A stretch of 64,000 nucleotides of DNA from an uncultured delta proteobacterium (GCA_963828255.1 CAWHDZ010000038.1:37207-101206); one strand, 5' to 3'; numbered from the stretch's first letter, positions 46,689 through 58,883 are shown. A program made the numbers and translations. The notes: generated from the letters alone by a model not told the origin.

Positions 46689-47570
46689 ATGGCCCAACGC
46701 ATCCTCCTCCTCGACACCAGCCCACCCCTGGTGGCCGCCCTCCGGCGGTTCCTCAAGGGAACCGACCTGGAGGTGCAGGTCGCCGCGCCCGCGGGAGGGC
46801 TCGCCGGGGTCGATCTGGGCCAGATCGCGGTCGCGGCCGTCCGGCCCTCCACCCCCGAGGGGAAGCGCGCCTTCGAGGCGCTGCGCACCGCCAATCCCGC
46901 GCTCCCCGTGGTCCTCCTGGTGGACGAGGAGGACGAGCCGGGCGGCCGCCTGCCGGCCGACGGGACGCTGGTCGCCCCGCTGACCCGCACCGCGGTGGTC
47001 AGCCTCTTCCGTTCGCTGGCGCGGCTCCGGGCCGAGGCCGAGCTGGGCCGGACGCTGGCCCGCCAGGTGGCGTCCCACCCGGCAGGCCTCCCCGACTACG
47101 AGTTCTTCAAGAAGCTGCTGCTCGTCGAGGTGAAGCGGTCGCGCCGCTACCACTACCCGGTCAGCCTGGCCCTGCTGGCCGTGGACGGCTGGGCCGAGCG
47201 GGCCGTCCGCCTGGACGAGCCGCTCCGCTCATCCCTGCTGGGCGAGGTCCTGGCGCTGGTGGCGAGCGGGGTGCGCGACATCGACCTGCCGCTCCTCTAC
47301 GACGCCGAGCGCATCCTCGTCTTCATGCCCCACACCGACGCACTGGGAGCCCGCACCGCGGCCGACCGGCTCGTGAAGCGCGCGCGCGCCCACCCCGGCG
47401 GCCTCACCGCCAGCGTGGGGGTGGCCAGCTTCGACGGGGAGGGGACCATGTCCTTCGCCGCGCTGGTCCGCGGGGCGGCCGACGCTCTCGTGGCGGCCCA
47501 GTCGAAGGGCGGCGACCGCTCCGAGCACGCCCCCTCGAGGCAGAACCGCGAGCGCGAGCCGGCCGGCTGA
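46689..47570 (+). CDS. receiver-like plus degenerate GGDEF-domain protein
   Basis: EVKRSRRY..PVSLALL.VD; RDID then YDAER in place of GGDEF; TASVGVA; AD.AL..A.SKG. Confidence 0.75.
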   Translation: MAQRILLLDTSPPLVAALRRFLKGTDLEVQVAAPAGGLAGVDLGQIAVAAVRPSTPEGKRAFEALRTANPALPVVLLVDEEDEPGGRLPADGTLVAPLTRTAVVSLFRSLARLRAEAELGRTLARQVASHPAGLPDYEFFKKLLLVEVKRSRRYHYPVSLALLAVDGWAERAVRLDEPLRSSLLGEVLALVASGVRDIDLPLLYDAERILVFMPHTDALGARTAADRLVKRARAHPGGLTASVGVASFDGEGTMSFAALVRGAADALVAAQSKGGDRSEHAPSRQNREREPAG

Positions 47571-47572
47571 CC

Positions 47573-48526
47573 GTGCGCTCCCTGGCCGCCGCGCTGCTCT
47601 GCCTGGCGTGCGCGACCGGCGCGGCAGCCTGCTCTGCGGGGGCTCCGCTCCCCGAGGTGAAGGTCCACGCCTCGGTCTCGCCGGTGGCCGCCCGGGCGCT
47701 CGTTACACTTTCAGTGAATCGACGACTGGCCCGCGTGGTGCTCGTCGAGGACCCGGCCCAGGCCGACCTGGCCTGGTTCGGCGACCCGGTCCTGGCGCTG
47801 CGCCAGTCGCGGCTGCTCGTTCCCGGCTCGGCTCCCGACGCCCCCGGCGTGGCCGGACGGTGGAAGGATCCCGCGCGTCGCTTCTTCCCGGTGGGGGCGC
47901 GGGCCCGCGTCCTGCTCGTCGATCCGCGGGTCACACTCCCGGTGCAACCGCGCCGCCTGCGCGACCTCGCCGATCCGCGGCTGGCCGGCTTCCAGGCCAT
48001 CGCCGCGCCGGACCGCGGGGAGGGGCCGGCCACCTTCGCCGCCCTGGCGGTGCTCTCGAGCGACGAGGCGGCCCTGGGGCTCCTGCGGGCCATCGCCGCC
48101 CAGCGCCCGCAGGTGGCCGAGGACGGACCCGGAGTGCAATCGCTCCTCTCCTCCGGGAAGGCGGCCTTCGGGCTGGCCGGATTGGAGCAGGCGGCGGCCG
48201 GCGCGGTGAGCGTCGCCGCCCTCGAGGTGGTCTACCCGGACCAGTCCGGGTTCGGGACGCTGGTCTTCCCGACCGCAGCGGCGGTGCTGCAGCGCGGAGT
48301 GGAGAACCCGTCGGTGCACGCGCTCGCCGCGTGGCTCGCCGGGAGCGACGCCGAGCAGCTCCTCGTGGCCCGGACGCCGGGTCTCATGCCGCTGCGCGTC
48401 GAAGTTCCCCTGCCTCCCGGGGTCCGCTCTGCCCGGGACCTCCGGTCGCCCCAGATCGACTGGGAGCTGCTCGCCGAGGCGGACAAGCGACTTACGCCCC
48501 ATCTGGGACTAATGGCAACTCCCTAA
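47573..48526 (+). CDS. ABC-type substrate-binding lipoprotein (Fe3+/SBP-like), orphan
   Basis: GTG start, lipobox-like AAAC, LRDLADP, EVVYPDQ..FGTLV.P. Confidence 0.65.
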   Translation: MRSLAAALLCLACATGAAACSAGAPLPEVKVHASVSPVAARALVTLSVNRRLARVVLVEDPAQADLAWFGDPVLALRQSRLLVPGSAPDAPGVAGRWKDPARRFFPVGARARVLLVDPRVTLPVQPRRLRDLADPRLAGFQAIAAPDRGEGPATFAALAVLSSDEAALGLLRAIAAQRPQVAEDGPGVQSLLSSGKAAFGLAGLEQAAAGAVSVAALEVVYPDQSGFGTLVFPTAAAVLQRGVENPSVHALAAWLAGSDAEQLLVARTPGLMPLRVEVPLPPGVRSARDLRSPQIDWELLAEADKRLTPHLGLMATP

Positions 48527-48630
48527 CCTCGAGGGCGACCGGCCATCTCGGGGCGTCCCGGATGGAGGTTGTTTTTTCGTGTACTTACAGCCCCTTGGGG
48601 GTGCGTAGGGAGGTGCGCGTCGTTGAATCA

Positions 48631-48660
48631 TGGACAGAATCGCTCGTGATTCCGTACCTT
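48631..48660 (+). promoter_or_regulatory. sigma70-like promoter with palindromic spacer
   Basis: TGGACA-18 bp-TACCTT; spacer holds GAATC-N6-GATTC. Confidence 0.45.
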
Positions 48661-48817
48661 TAATATGGTCCACGGAAAGAGTACCCGGGGGGGTGGCAGC
48701 CAGGCGGGGCGTTGCTATCGTACGGTCTGGAAACCCGACCGGGTTTGCGGGGGGGAGCAGCACAAAATCCGCGATCGGCCGGGTACGGAGCCTGCCTCGG
48801 AAAGGAAACACGAACCC

Positions 48818-49156
48818 ATGGCCCAGATCGACATCGAAATCCTTCAGCCCTTCGCCACGCGATTCTTGGAAGGTACCAACCTGACCCCTGCGGAGCGCGC
48901 CGAGGTGCTGCGCATCGCCCAGGGCTTCGCGTGCAAGGACTCCGCGTCCGCCGCCGGGGTGTCCCCGGAGACCATCCGCGCTCGCCGCAAGCGCATCTAC
49001 CGGAAGCTGGACGTCCCGGGTTCGGCCGAGCTGCTGGCCAAGCTGCTGGCCCTCTCCCTCAAGATGCTCTCGAAGGGGGAGCGGCTCGAGGCCCGCCCGG
49101 TCACCATGACCATGCCCATGCAGGCCCCGGTGCAGGTCCAGCCGGTGATGCGGTAG
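48818..49156 (+). CDS. stand-alone LuxR-type HTH regulator
   Basis: LTPAERAEVLRIAQG...GVSPETIR..RKRIYRKLDV. Confidence 0.85.
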   Translation: MAQIDIEILQPFATRFLEGTNLTPAERAEVLRIAQGFACKDSASAAGVSPETIRARRKRIYRKLDVPGSAELLAKLLALSLKMLSKGERLEARPVTMTMPMQAPVQVQPVMR

Positions 49157-49197
49157 GAAACCGCGCAGACGCCGGCGGCTGGTTCCGCCAGCCTGCG

Positions 49198-49233
49198 ACG
49201 CCCCGTCCTCCTTCCTGGAGGCGGGGCGTTTCC
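49198..49233 (+). terminator. hairpin between convergent genes
   Basis: ACGCCCCG(T)CCTCC...GGAGGCGGGGCGT followed by TTCC. Confidence 0.55.
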
Positions 49234-49269
49234 TTGAATGCGCATCAGAGCGCCGACCGGGCGGCGCCG

Positions 49270-51267
49270 TCAGCCGGCCAGCCAGCCCAGGACCCGCGTC
49301 GCCACCTTCTCGGGCGTGAAGCCGTAGGTCTCGGCCAGCGACTTCTCCGGCGCGCTGGCGCCGAACCCGTCGATGCCGAGGACGAGCCCGTCCGAGCCGG
49401 CCAGCCTCCACCACTCGATGGCGCGCCCCGCCTCGACGACGGCCACGCGCTGCCCTGCGGGGATGACCTCGCGACGCACGGCCACGGGCTGGGCCTCGAA
49501 GCAGGTGAGGCAGGGCACCGACACGAGCCGCGCGGCCACGCCCTTCGCGGCGAGGAGCGCCGCCGCTCCCTGCGCGGTGGCGAGCTCGCTGCCCGTGGCG
49601 ACGAGCGTCACCTTCGCGCCGGGCGGGTCGGCGACGACGTAGCCGCCCCGCATGGCCTTCGCCGGGTCGAAGCCCACCGGGCGCTCGATCTTCGCGATCT
49701 TCTGCCGGGTCAGCACGAGCGCCGTCGGCCCTTCACGCCGGGTGAGGGCATGGGCCCAGGCGAGCGCCGTCTCGAGGCCGTCGGCGGGGCGCACCACGTG
49801 AAGGTTGGGGATGGCCCGGGCCGCGGTGAGGTGCTCGATGGGCTGGTGGGTGGGGCCGTCCTCGCCGAGGAAGATGGAGTCGTGGGTCCAGACGTAGATG
49901 ACCTGGAGGCGCGCCAGCGCGGCGATGCGCACCGGCGGCTTCATGTAGTCGGAGAAGACGAAGAAGGTGCCGACGAACGGGATGTGGTTGCCGTCGTAGG
50001 CGATCCCGTTCGCGAGCGAGCCCATGGCGTGCTCGCGGATGCCGTAGTGGACGTTGCGCGCCCCGTAGGCGCCGGCGGCCACGCCTCCGGCCCCCTTGAT
50101 GTCGGTGAGGTTCGACTCGGCCAGGTCGGCGGAGCCGCCCACGAGGGAGGGCACCAGCACTGCGGCCTTCTGGATCATGGACTGGGAGAGCTTGCGGGTG
50201 GCGTCGGAGGCGTCGGCTCCCTCGAGGAGCCGGGCGGCGATGTCGGCGGGCACGGTGCGGTTCACGTGCGCGTCGAGGAGCGCCGCCTTCTCGGGCTGGG
50301 CGGTCCGCCAGGCGTCGGCGCGCCGCTTCCAGGCCGCGTGCTCGTCCTTCCGGCGCTCGACCACCTCGGCCCAGAAGGCCCGCACGTCGTCCGGAACGAG
50401 GAAGCGGGGCTCCTGCGGCCAGCCCAGGAACTCCTTCGCGGCCTTCAACTCCTCCTCGCCGAGCGGGGCGCCGTGCACGGAGGACTTCCCCTGCTTGCCG
50501 GGGGCGCCGTAGCCGATGACGGTGCGCACCCGGACGAGGCTGGGGCGCGGGTCGGCCTTGGCGGCGTCGATGGCCTGCGAGATGCCGGCGTGGTCGCGGC
50601 CGTCGACGCTCTGGACGTGCCAGCCGTAGGAGGCGAAGCGGGCCGAGACGTCCTCGCCGGAGAAGGCGAGCGAGGTGCGGCCGTCGATCGTGATCTCGTT
50701 GTCGTCGTACAGGAAGACGCAGCGCCCGAGCTCGAGATGCCCGGCGATGCTGGCGGCCTCGGCCGCCACGCCCTCCATGAGGTCGCCGTCGGAGACGATG
50801 GCGTAGACGAAGTGGTCCTCGACCGGATTCCCGGGGCCGAGCCGGGCCGACAGCATGGCCTGGCCGAGCGCCATGCCCACCGCGTTCGCGAAGCCCTGGC
50901 CGAGCGGACCGGAGGTCACCTCCACGCCGGAGGTGTGGCCGAACTCGGGGTGGCCGGGGGTGCGGGAGCCGGGCTGCCGGAAGGATTTCAGGTCCTCGAT
51001 GGAGAGGTCGTAGCCGGCGAGGTGCAGCAGCGAGTAGACGAGCATCGAGCCGTGGCCGGCCGAGAGGACGAACCGGTCCCGGTCGATCCAGCGGGGCTCC
51101 GAGGGGTCGAAGCGGAGGTGGCGCGTCCAGAGCACGAAGGCCATGTCGGCCGCGCCCATGGGCATGCCGGGGTGGCCGCTGTTCGCCTTCTGTACGCCGT
51201 CGGCGGCGAGCATGCGGATGGTGTTCACGGCCTTCTCGAGGAGGGCGGTGCTCGGGATCTGGGGCAA
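49270..51267 (-). CDS. tkt: transketolase
   Basis: TTG start after [56 protein letters not shown]. Confidence 0.95.
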   Translation of the reverse strand: MPQIPSTALLEKAVNTIRMLAADGVQKANSGHPGMPMGAADMAFVLWTRHLRFDPSEPRWIDRDRFVLSAGHGSMLVYSLLHLAGYDLSIEDLKSFRQPGSRTPGHPEFGHTSGVEVTSGPLGQGFANAVGMALGQAMLSARLGPGNPVEDHFVYAIVSDGDLMEGVAAEAASIAGHLELGRCVFLYDDNEITIDGRTSLAFSGEDVSARFASYGWHVQSVDGRDHAGISQAIDAAKADPRPSLVRVRTVIGYGAPGKQGKSSVHGAPLGEEELKAAKEFLGWPQEPRFLVPDDVRAFWAEVVERRKDEHAAWKRRADAWRTAQPEKAALLDAHVNRTVPADIAARLLEGADASDATRKLSQSMIQKAAVLVPSLVGGSADLAESNLTDIKGAGGVAAGAYGARNVHYGIREHAMGSLANGIAYDGNHIPFVGTFFVFSDYMKPPVRIAALARLQVIYVWTHDSIFLGEDGPTHQPIEHLTAARAIPNLHVVRPADGLETALAWAHALTRREGPTALVLTRQKIAKIERPVGFDPAKAMRGGYVVADPPGAKVTLVATGSELATAQGAAALLAAKGVAARLVSVPCLTCFEAQPVAVRREVIPAGQRVAVVEAGRAIEWWRLAGSDGLVLGIDGFGASAPEKSLAETYGFTPEKVATRVLGWLAG

Positions 51268-51382
51268 GGGTTCCTCCGGCGGGGGAAGCGGCGGCGCGAA
51301 ACGGGGCCGCAAGATCGCCCACCGGAGGGGGGAGATCAAGGGTCGCGGGGCCACTGGCCGCCGCGGGGGTACAGTGGGCCGG

Positions 51383-51958
51383 ATGCACGCCATCCGGGCC
51401 GCCGCCGTCGTGGACGTGACCGAGGCCGAGGGCCCCGGATCCCGCTTCGCGGTGTGGGTCCAGGGCTGCGCCATCCGCTGCCCGGGCTGCTGCAATCCCC
51501 ACATGTTCGACCCGGCAGCCGGGACCCTGGTCGAGCCAGGGGAACTGCTCGCCCGGCTCGACGAGGTCCGGGACCGGGTGGAAGGGGTCACGCTCCTCGG
51601 CGGCGAACCCTTCGAGCAGGCGATGGCCCTCGCGCCCTTCGCCCGGGGAGCCCGTGAGCGGGGTCTATCGGTCGTCGCATTCACCGGCCACCTGCTGGAG
51701 GAGCTCCACCTCGACCGGCCTCCGGGGTCGCGGGAACTCCTCGCAGAGCTCGACCTCCTCGTCGACGGCCCCTACCGTGCCGACCTCCCCGGGACGACGC
51801 GTCGCTGGGCGGGCTCCTCGAACCAGCGGTTCCACTTCCTCACCACGCGGTATTCACCGGGAGTCGAAACGATCCGGACCGGGTTTCCGGACCGTGTCGT
51901 CGAGCTGCGCTTCGGCCCCGACGGGACGGTGCGGCGGAGCGGCTGGCCGGAGGACTGA
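51383..51958 (+). CDS. NrdG-like radical SAM (4Fe-4S) protein
   Basis: [43 protein letters not shown]. Confidence 0.85.
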   Translation: MHAIRAAAVVDVTEAEGPGSRFAVWVQGCAIRCPGCCNPHMFDPAAGTLVEPGELLARLDEVRDRVEGVTLLGGEPFEQAMALAPFARGARERGLSVVAFTGHLLEELHLDRPPGSRELLAELDLLVDGPYRADLPGTTRRWAGSSNQRFHFLTTRYSPGVETIRTGFPDRVVELRFGPDGTVRRSGWPED

Positions 51959-51967
51959 CCGGCCCCT

Positions 51968-52168
51968 TCAGCCCTGCCTGGTCGTCCCCTTCACGGTCGT
52001 GGGCTGCTGGTAGTACTCGGACGTCTTCGTCCGCTCCTTCACCGTCCCGAGCGCCTTCTCGAGCGCCTCGGTCTCGGTGAGGCAGGTCTTCCCCTTGAGG
52101 CCGTGGGTCACGACGCGCACCTCCCCCTCCGGCGTGAAGAGGAGCTCGATCTCGATCCTGTCGGCCAC
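51968..52168 (-). CDS. DUF2997-like small protein
   Basis: GEV...HGLKGKTC...E.ALG......TSEYY; GGAGG RBS. Confidence 0.7.
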   Translation of the reverse strand: MADRIEIELLFTPEGEVRVVTHGLKGKTCLTETEALEKALGTVKERTKTSEYYQQPTTVKGTTRQG

Positions 52169-52170
52169 GA

Positions 52171-52545
52171 TCACCTCCAGCGCTGCATGACCACCCGCAC
52201 CGTGCCGTCGGCCTGCTTCTCCTCCCTGGCCACGGCGTACCCCTTGCGCTTCAGCTCGCCCACCGCCCTGGAGTAGGCCCAGCGCTGGGCGATCCGGCCG
52301 GCCAGCGCCTTCCCCGGTCCGGCGTTGCAGTCCCTGGGGATGAGGGTGACCTTCTCGCTCTTCTTGTCCACCTGCACCCCGACCTCGGCCGCCCCGTCCT
52401 TCACGACGTAGTCCACCTCGTGGGTGACGCCGTCGGCGGTGCGCATCTTCTTCTCGGCGCGGGCCTCGGCGCCCAACTCGGCGACCACGTCGAGGAGCAG
52501 CGAGATCCCGAACACCACCACGGTGATTCCGGTTTCCTGGGACAT
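52171..52545 (-). CDS. DUF1257/Ycf35-like protein
   Basis: Q.WAY......KGY....EKQADGTVRVVMQRW C-terminus; between AAA gene and DUF2997. Confidence 0.6.
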   Translation of the reverse strand: MSQETGITVVVFGISLLLDVVAELGAEARAEKKMRTADGVTHEVDYVVKDGAAEVGVQVDKKSEKVTLIPRDCNAGPGKALAGRIAQRWAYSRAVGELKRKGYAVAREEKQADGTVRVVMQRWR

Positions 52546-53195
52546 CACCACCTCCGGAAGCGGCGCCGGCCCGGCGAGAAGAGCGCGATGACCAGGCCGA
52601 GCAGCAGCAGGCCCACCATCTGGATCCGTCCGCGCCCGAAGAGCAGGAGCAGGAGCGGGATCCCGATGCCCACGCTGGCGGCGGCGATGCGCCATGGCAG
52701 GCTGGGGAGCATGCGCAGGAGCCGCATGCCCGCGGTGTCGGACCTGGGGCCGGCGACGGGCCCGTCGCCGAATTCACGATCGGTCCGGATCCGCTCCATC
52801 TCGGCCATCTGCTCGGCGGCCTCGCGCCGGGTGCGGGCCTGGTCGCCGGCGTCGCGCTGCCGCGCCGCTTCCCGCTCCGCCAGCGCGCGCTTCTCGGCCT
52901 CGGCCTGGGACTGCCGCTCCTTCCAGAGCCGCTCGTTGAAGGCCCGCTGGGCGGGCGTGTCGAGCTCGGCGGCGCAGTTCTGGCAGGTCGCCGCGTAGAC
53001 CGTGTTGTCCATCTGGCAGTCCATGCAGCGGACGAAGGGCTGGGCCCCCGTCCGATCCTCGGCGGTCTCCAGCGGCCGCTCCACCGCCGGACGGAAGCGG
53101 TCGGTGGACGAGGACGGGATGGAGTCGGGCGCCTCGGCCCCCCCGGGGCGCTGGCGCTCCAGCTTGAGGAAACGGTCGCGGCGCTCCGAGGACAA
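52545..53195 (-). CDS. hypothetical zinc-ribbon/coiled-coil/TM protein
   Basis: CMDC...CQNC, charged helix, two C-terminal TM segments. Confidence 0.6.
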   Translation of the reverse strand: MSSERRDRFLKLERQRPGGAEAPDSIPSSSTDRFRPAVERPLETAEDRTGAQPFVRCMDCQMDNTVYAATCQNCAAELDTPAQRAFNERLWKERQSQAEAEKRALAEREAARQRDAGDQARTRREAAEQMAEMERIRTDREFGDGPVAGPRSDTAGMRLLRMLPSLPWRIAAASVGIGIPLLLLLFGRGRIQMVGLLLLGLVIALFSPGRRRFRRW

Positions 53196-53199
53196 TGGG

Positions 53200-54828
<1,629 letters not shown>

Positions 54829-54829
54829 A

Positions 54830-55264
54830 TCAGGGGGAGCGGAGCCAGAGCAGGCGCGGCTCGGGGCCGGACAGGTCGAGCGCGGCCACCGTGCCGGGGG
54901 GCACCGCCGACTGCTTTCCGGCGGCGATGGCGATCGCCTCTGCGACCTCCGGGTTGTGCCCCACGAGCAGGGTTCCCGGCCCCTCCTGCCGGGCCAGATC
55001 GAGGATCTCGCGCCCGCCGGCGTGGCCGGAGGCCAGGTCGTCGGAGGGCTCCGCCGGGGCGCCAGTGGCGCCTGCCAGCAGGGCCGCGGTCTCGCGCGCC
55101 CTGCGGAAGGGGCTCGACAGGATCCGCTTCACTGTGAGCTTCGGGCCCAGCATCTGCAGCAGCGCTGCGAACGACTCCTTCCCGGTGGCGGAGAGCCTGC
55201 GGTCGGCGTCCACCCCTCCGGCCTGGGCCTCGGCGTGGCGCACCAGGAAGACGGGGGAACTCAC
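54830..55264 (-). CDS. sixA: SixA-like histidine phosphatase
   Basis: LVRHAEA, R.LS..G, SSP..RA.ETA, LVGHNP. Confidence 0.8.
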   Translation of the reverse strand: MSSPVFLVRHAEAQAGGVDADRRLSATGKESFAALLQMLGPKLTVKRILSSPFRRARETAALLAGATGAPAEPSDDLASGHAGGREILDLARQEGPGTLLVGHNPEVAEAIAIAAGKQSAVPPGTVAALDLSGPEPRLLWLRSP

Positions 55265-56814
55265 GGCGTGCTCTCCCGGAGCCTCCCGGTCCGTCGGGCC
55301 AGCGCGGAGAGCCGCTCCGTCGTGGCCTTGTCGGCGAGCAACGCCGAGACGAGCCTCGGCACCCGGTAGGACCAGTTCTCCTCGTTGACGGTGCCCGGGA
55401 CGTTGACCCGTTCCCGCGCGCCCACCGCGTCCTGGAAGGGCAGGAGGAGGAGGTCGGAGCCGGAGCCCGAGACGAGGCCGAGGAGCGCGTCGCGAACCTC
55501 GTCGTCGTAGGCGACGGGCGCCCGTCCGGCGATCGACTCCAGGCCGGGCACGGCGAGCAGCGCCTCCCGCTCCGCGGCGGGGAGCGACTCCCACCAGTCG
55601 GCCATCGAGTCGGTGTCGTGGGTGCCGGTGGTGGCGAGCGAGATGGCCGGCCACTTCGTCGGATCGCGGAAGACCTCCGCGTCCTTCTCCCAGCGAAGCA
55701 CGCGGTAGCCTGGGACGCCGAGCCGGTCGAGCGAGGCCCGCACGAAGTCGGGGACGACGCCGAGGTCCTCGGCGATGACCCGGGCGCCCTTCGAGAAGGC
55801 GGCCAGCACCCGCTCGCCGTTCCGGATCTGCGCGGGCTCGGTGTCGGGGACGAAGGCCGGAGGGCCCCCGTCGTTGGGACGGAAGTAGCTCCGGTAGAAG
55901 CCGACCACGTGATCGACGCGGTAGGCTCCGTAGAGTTCGGCGGAGCGTCGGGCCCGGGCGGCGATCCAGGCGAAGCCGTTCTTCTCCATCACGTCCCAGC
56001 GGTAGACGGGGAGTCCCCAGTCCTGGCCGTCGGCGCTGAAGGCATCGGGCGGGACGCCGGCCCGGGCGTCGAGGCGGAAGTCGAAGGGTCGGGACCAGAC
56101 GTCGGCCGAGTCGGTGGCCACCATGAAGGGCAGGTCGCCCATGAGGTCGGCCCCGGCCGCCACCACGGCGCGGCGGGCCTCCTGCCACTGCTCGTCGAGG
56201 TGCCACTGCAGCCAGGAGCGGTAGAGGATCCGCTCGGAGAGCGACGTGCGCGCCTCGGCGAGCGCCTCCGGGTCGCGGCTGGCCAGGGCTTCCGGCCATT
56301 CCGTCCAGCTCTTGCCGCCCTGCACGTCGTCGTGCAGCGACACGAAGAGTGCGTAGTCGGCGAGCCAGGAGGCGTGCTCGCGCCGGTAGGCCCGCAGCGC
56401 CTTGGCCCGGGGACTGCTGGCGTGCCATTCCCGGTCGAGGAAGGCGCGGAAGGCGATCTCGCTGGCCCGCTCCTTGAGGGAGCGGACCTCGTGCCAGCGC
56501 ACGGCCGGTGAGGCGCGCAGGTCGGCGAGGAGGGCGCGGTCCTCCGCGGAGAGTGCGTCCACACCGCCGGCGGCCTGGAAGTCCTCCGAGGCGTCGAGGG
56601 CCAGGTAGATGGGGTCGATTGCGAAGGCGGAGATGGCCGAGTACGGGCTGTTCTGCCCGCGGGCCGCCTCGTTCACCGGCAGCACCTGGACCAGCGAGAA
56701 TCCCGCCGACACGGCCCAGCGCGCGAAGGGGACGAGGTCGGGGATCTCCCCCAGCCCCCAGCCGCAGGGGGAGCGGATCGAGAAGAGCGGGAGGAGGACG
56801 CCGGATTCGCGCAT
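55261..56814 (-). CDS. malQ: 4-alpha-glucanotransferase (GH77)
   Basis: SPYS..SAFA, GDLPF, GVPPD.FS..GQDWG.P, RVDH, AEDLG, TGTHD, N.PGT...NW. Confidence 0.93.
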   Translation of the reverse strand: MRESGVLLPLFSIRSPCGWGLGEIPDLVPFARWAVSAGFSLVQVLPVNEAARGQNSPYSAISAFAIDPIYLALDASEDFQAAGGVDALSAEDRALLADLRASPAVRWHEVRSLKERASEIAFRAFLDREWHASSPRAKALRAYRREHASWLADYALFVSLHDDVQGGKSWTEWPEALASRDPEALAEARTSLSERILYRSWLQWHLDEQWQEARRAVVAAGADLMGDLPFMVATDSADVWSRPFDFRLDARAGVPPDAFSADGQDWGLPVYRWDVMEKNGFAWIAARARRSAELYGAYRVDHVVGFYRSYFRPNDGGPPAFVPDTEPAQIRNGERVLAAFSKGARVIAEDLGVVPDFVRASLDRLGVPGYRVLRWEKDAEVFRDPTKWPAISLATTGTHDTDSMADWWESLPAAEREALLAVPGLESIAGRAPVAYDDEVRDALLGLVSGSGSDLLLLPFQDAVGARERVNVPGTVNEENWSYRVPRLVSALLADKATTERLSALARRTGRLRESTP

Positions 56815-56859
56815 CGGGTTGCCGTCTTGTAGCCGGGAGGGGGGCGGGTTATCCACTCG

Positions 56860-57831
56860 ATGTTGTCGCACGCCCCCGAGATCCGCGGAAGATTCGCCCC
56901 CAGCCCCACCGGCCCCCTCCATGTGGGGAACGCTCGCACCGCGCTGCTCGCCTGGCTCGACGTCCGGTCCCGGGGCGGGCGCCTCGTCATGCGGGTCGAG
57001 GACCTGGACGGGCCGCGGGTCCGGCCGGGGCTCGAGGCCCGCATCCTCGACGAGCTGCGCTGGCTCGGGCTCGACTGGGACGAGGGGCCCGACGTGGGCG
57101 GCCCGCTCGGACCGTATCGACAATCGGAGCGGGCGGCGATCCACGCCGCGGCGCTCGAACGGCTCCGCGGAGCCGGGCTCGCCTATCCCTGCTTCTGCTC
57201 GCGCGCCGAGATCAGCCAGGCCTCCCAGGCGCCCCACGCCTCCGACGAGGGGCCGCGCTATCCCGGGACCTGCCGTGACCTCTCCCCGGCCGGGCAGGCC
57301 GGCCGGGCGGAGCGCCGGCGGCCGGCCTGGAGGTTCCGCGTCCCCGACGGGCCGGTGTCGTTCCTGGATCGCGTTCACGGTGAGTGTAGCTTCGACGTCG
57401 CCGCGACGGTGGGCGACTTCGTGGTGGCCCGGGCCGACGGCGTTCCCGCCTACCAGCTCGCCGTGGCGGTGGACGACGCGGCCATGCGCGTGTCCGACGT
57501 CCTCCGCGGTGACGACCTGCTGCCCTCGACCGCACGGCAGATCCTGCTCTTCCGCGCCCTCGGCCTCCCGGTACCGGCCTTCGCCCACGTCCCTCTGGTG
57601 GTCGGCCCGGACGGCGAGCGGCTCGCCAAGCGGCACGGGGCGCTGTCGGTGGGGGAGCTCAGGGAGCGCGGCGTCGCGCCGCCCGAGCTGGTGGGGATGC
57701 TCGCCGCGGCCTCCGGGCTCGTCCCGTCGGGGACGCGGGCCATGCCGGCCGACCTGGTCCAGGGCTTCCGGCTCGAGGCGGTCCCGCGGCAGCCCGCAAG
57801 GGTGGACGGGCGAGGTAGCATCGCCCCGTGA
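56860..57831 (+). CDS. gluQ: glutamyl-Q tRNA(Asp) synthetase
   Basis: GRFAPSPTG.LHVGN, YPCFCSR, YPG.C, DFVV.RADG, RG.DL, LAKR; short (323 aa), no anticodon domain. Confidence 0.9.
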   Translation: MLSHAPEIRGRFAPSPTGPLHVGNARTALLAWLDVRSRGGRLVMRVEDLDGPRVRPGLEARILDELRWLGLDWDEGPDVGGPLGPYRQSERAAIHAAALERLRGAGLAYPCFCSRAEISQASQAPHASDEGPRYPGTCRDLSPAGQAGRAERRRPAWRFRVPDGPVSFLDRVHGECSFDVAATVGDFVVARADGVPAYQLAVAVDDAAMRVSDVLRGDDLLPSTARQILLFRALGLPVPAFAHVPLVVGPDGERLAKRHGALSVGELRERGVAPPELVGMLAAASGLVPSGTRAMPADLVQGFRLEAVPRQPARVDGRGSIAP

Positions 57832-58397
57832 GCATCCTCCGATCGAGCACCGACCCGCGCTGGGTCGAGGTGGCGATGGCCGACCTCGACGCCACCCTCG
57901 GCGATCACGCGCACTGCGAGAAGAAGGCGGCGGCCACCGCGTTGAAGCTGGTCGCCGACAACGCCGACAAGCCCGATCTGGTGCGCAAGCTGGCCCGGCT
58001 CGCCCAGGAGGAGACCCACCATTTCCTCTCCGTGCTGAACGAGCTGGCGCAGCGGGGACGCACGCTCCCGCCCGACACCGGCGACCCGTACGTGGGGTCA
58101 CTGCTGCGGCTCGCCGGAGGGGGGCGGAGCCGGCTCACGGAGCAACTCCTCGTCTTCGCGCTCGTCGAGGCCCGGAGCTGCGAGCGGCTGACGCTCCTCG
58201 GCGAGGCGCTCGAGGAACCGCGGCTGGCGGAGTTCTACCGGCGGCTCGCCCAGGCGGAGGCCGGGCACGAGACCCTCTTCGTGGACCTGGCGCGGGCCCA
58301 CGGGGCCGGCATCGACGTGGACCGCCGCCTCGCCGAGATGGCCGACGAGGAGGCCGCCGTCGTCGCCGCGCTGCCGATCCTCCCGCGGATCCACTGA
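57828..58397 (+). CDS. miaE: tRNA-(ms2io6A37)-hydroxylase
   Basis: DHAHCEKKAA, EE.HHF, EARSCER, EAGH di-iron motifs. Confidence 0.9.
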   Translation: MSILRSSTDPRWVEVAMADLDATLGDHAHCEKKAAATALKLVADNADKPDLVRKLARLAQEETHHFLSVLNELAQRGRTLPPDTGDPYVGSLLRLAGGGRSRLTEQLLVFALVEARSCERLTLLGEALEEPRLAEFYRRLAQAEAGHETLFVDLARAHGAGIDVDRRLAEMADEEAAVVAALPILPRIH

Positions 58398-58499
58398 AAC
58401 CCCCCGCCAGGGTCGTCCGGCTGTCGGGCCGGCCGCGCTCCGTCCAGCATTTCCGACAAGCCCGAGACCCAACCCCCCGGATTTCCGATGGCCGGATCC

Positions 58500-58515
58500 T
58501 GGCAAGCGCGCTGCA
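58500..58515 (+). promoter_or_regulatory. sigma54 (-24/-12) promoter
   Basis: TGGCAAGCGCGCTGCA fits TGGCACG-N4-TTGCW with correct GG/GC spacing. Confidence 0.65.
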
Positions 58516-58543
58516 ATACCTCCAGGCAACCAAGGAGGACGTC

Positions 58544-58846
58544 ATGACCCGCAAGACCCCCACCATCATCGGCGCCGCAGTCGGACTGGCCCTGTTCCTC
58601 GCAATCGGCCTCCTCCCCGCGCTTCTGTACGGCGGCTACGCGGGCGTGATGCTGGCCAGCGCGGTCGCCGGCTCCCCGGTGCAGGCCACCTTCGTCGTCC
58701 GGGCCCTCATCGTCGTCGGGATGGTTCTCGGGGTGACCGGCGTCGGCGCCCTCTTCGCCGCCGGCGGTGCGGTGGTCGGAGCGGCCATCGCCGTCCTGAC
58801 CGGCGTCCCGGCCAGGAAGGAAGCCGCCAAGGGCGCGAAGGCATGA
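58544..58846 (+). CDS. small Gly/Ala-rich hydrophobic membrane protein
   Basis: AAGGAGG RBS; 100 aa, almost entirely hydrophobic. Confidence 0.75.
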   Translation: MTRKTPTIIGAAVGLALFLAIGLLPALLYGGYAGVMLASAVAGSPVQATFVVRALIVVGMVLGVTGVGALFAAGGAVVGAAIAVLTGVPARKEAAKGAKA

Positions 58847-58883
58847 CGAGACTTCACGGTTCCGGACCACGGTCCGGGTCCCG

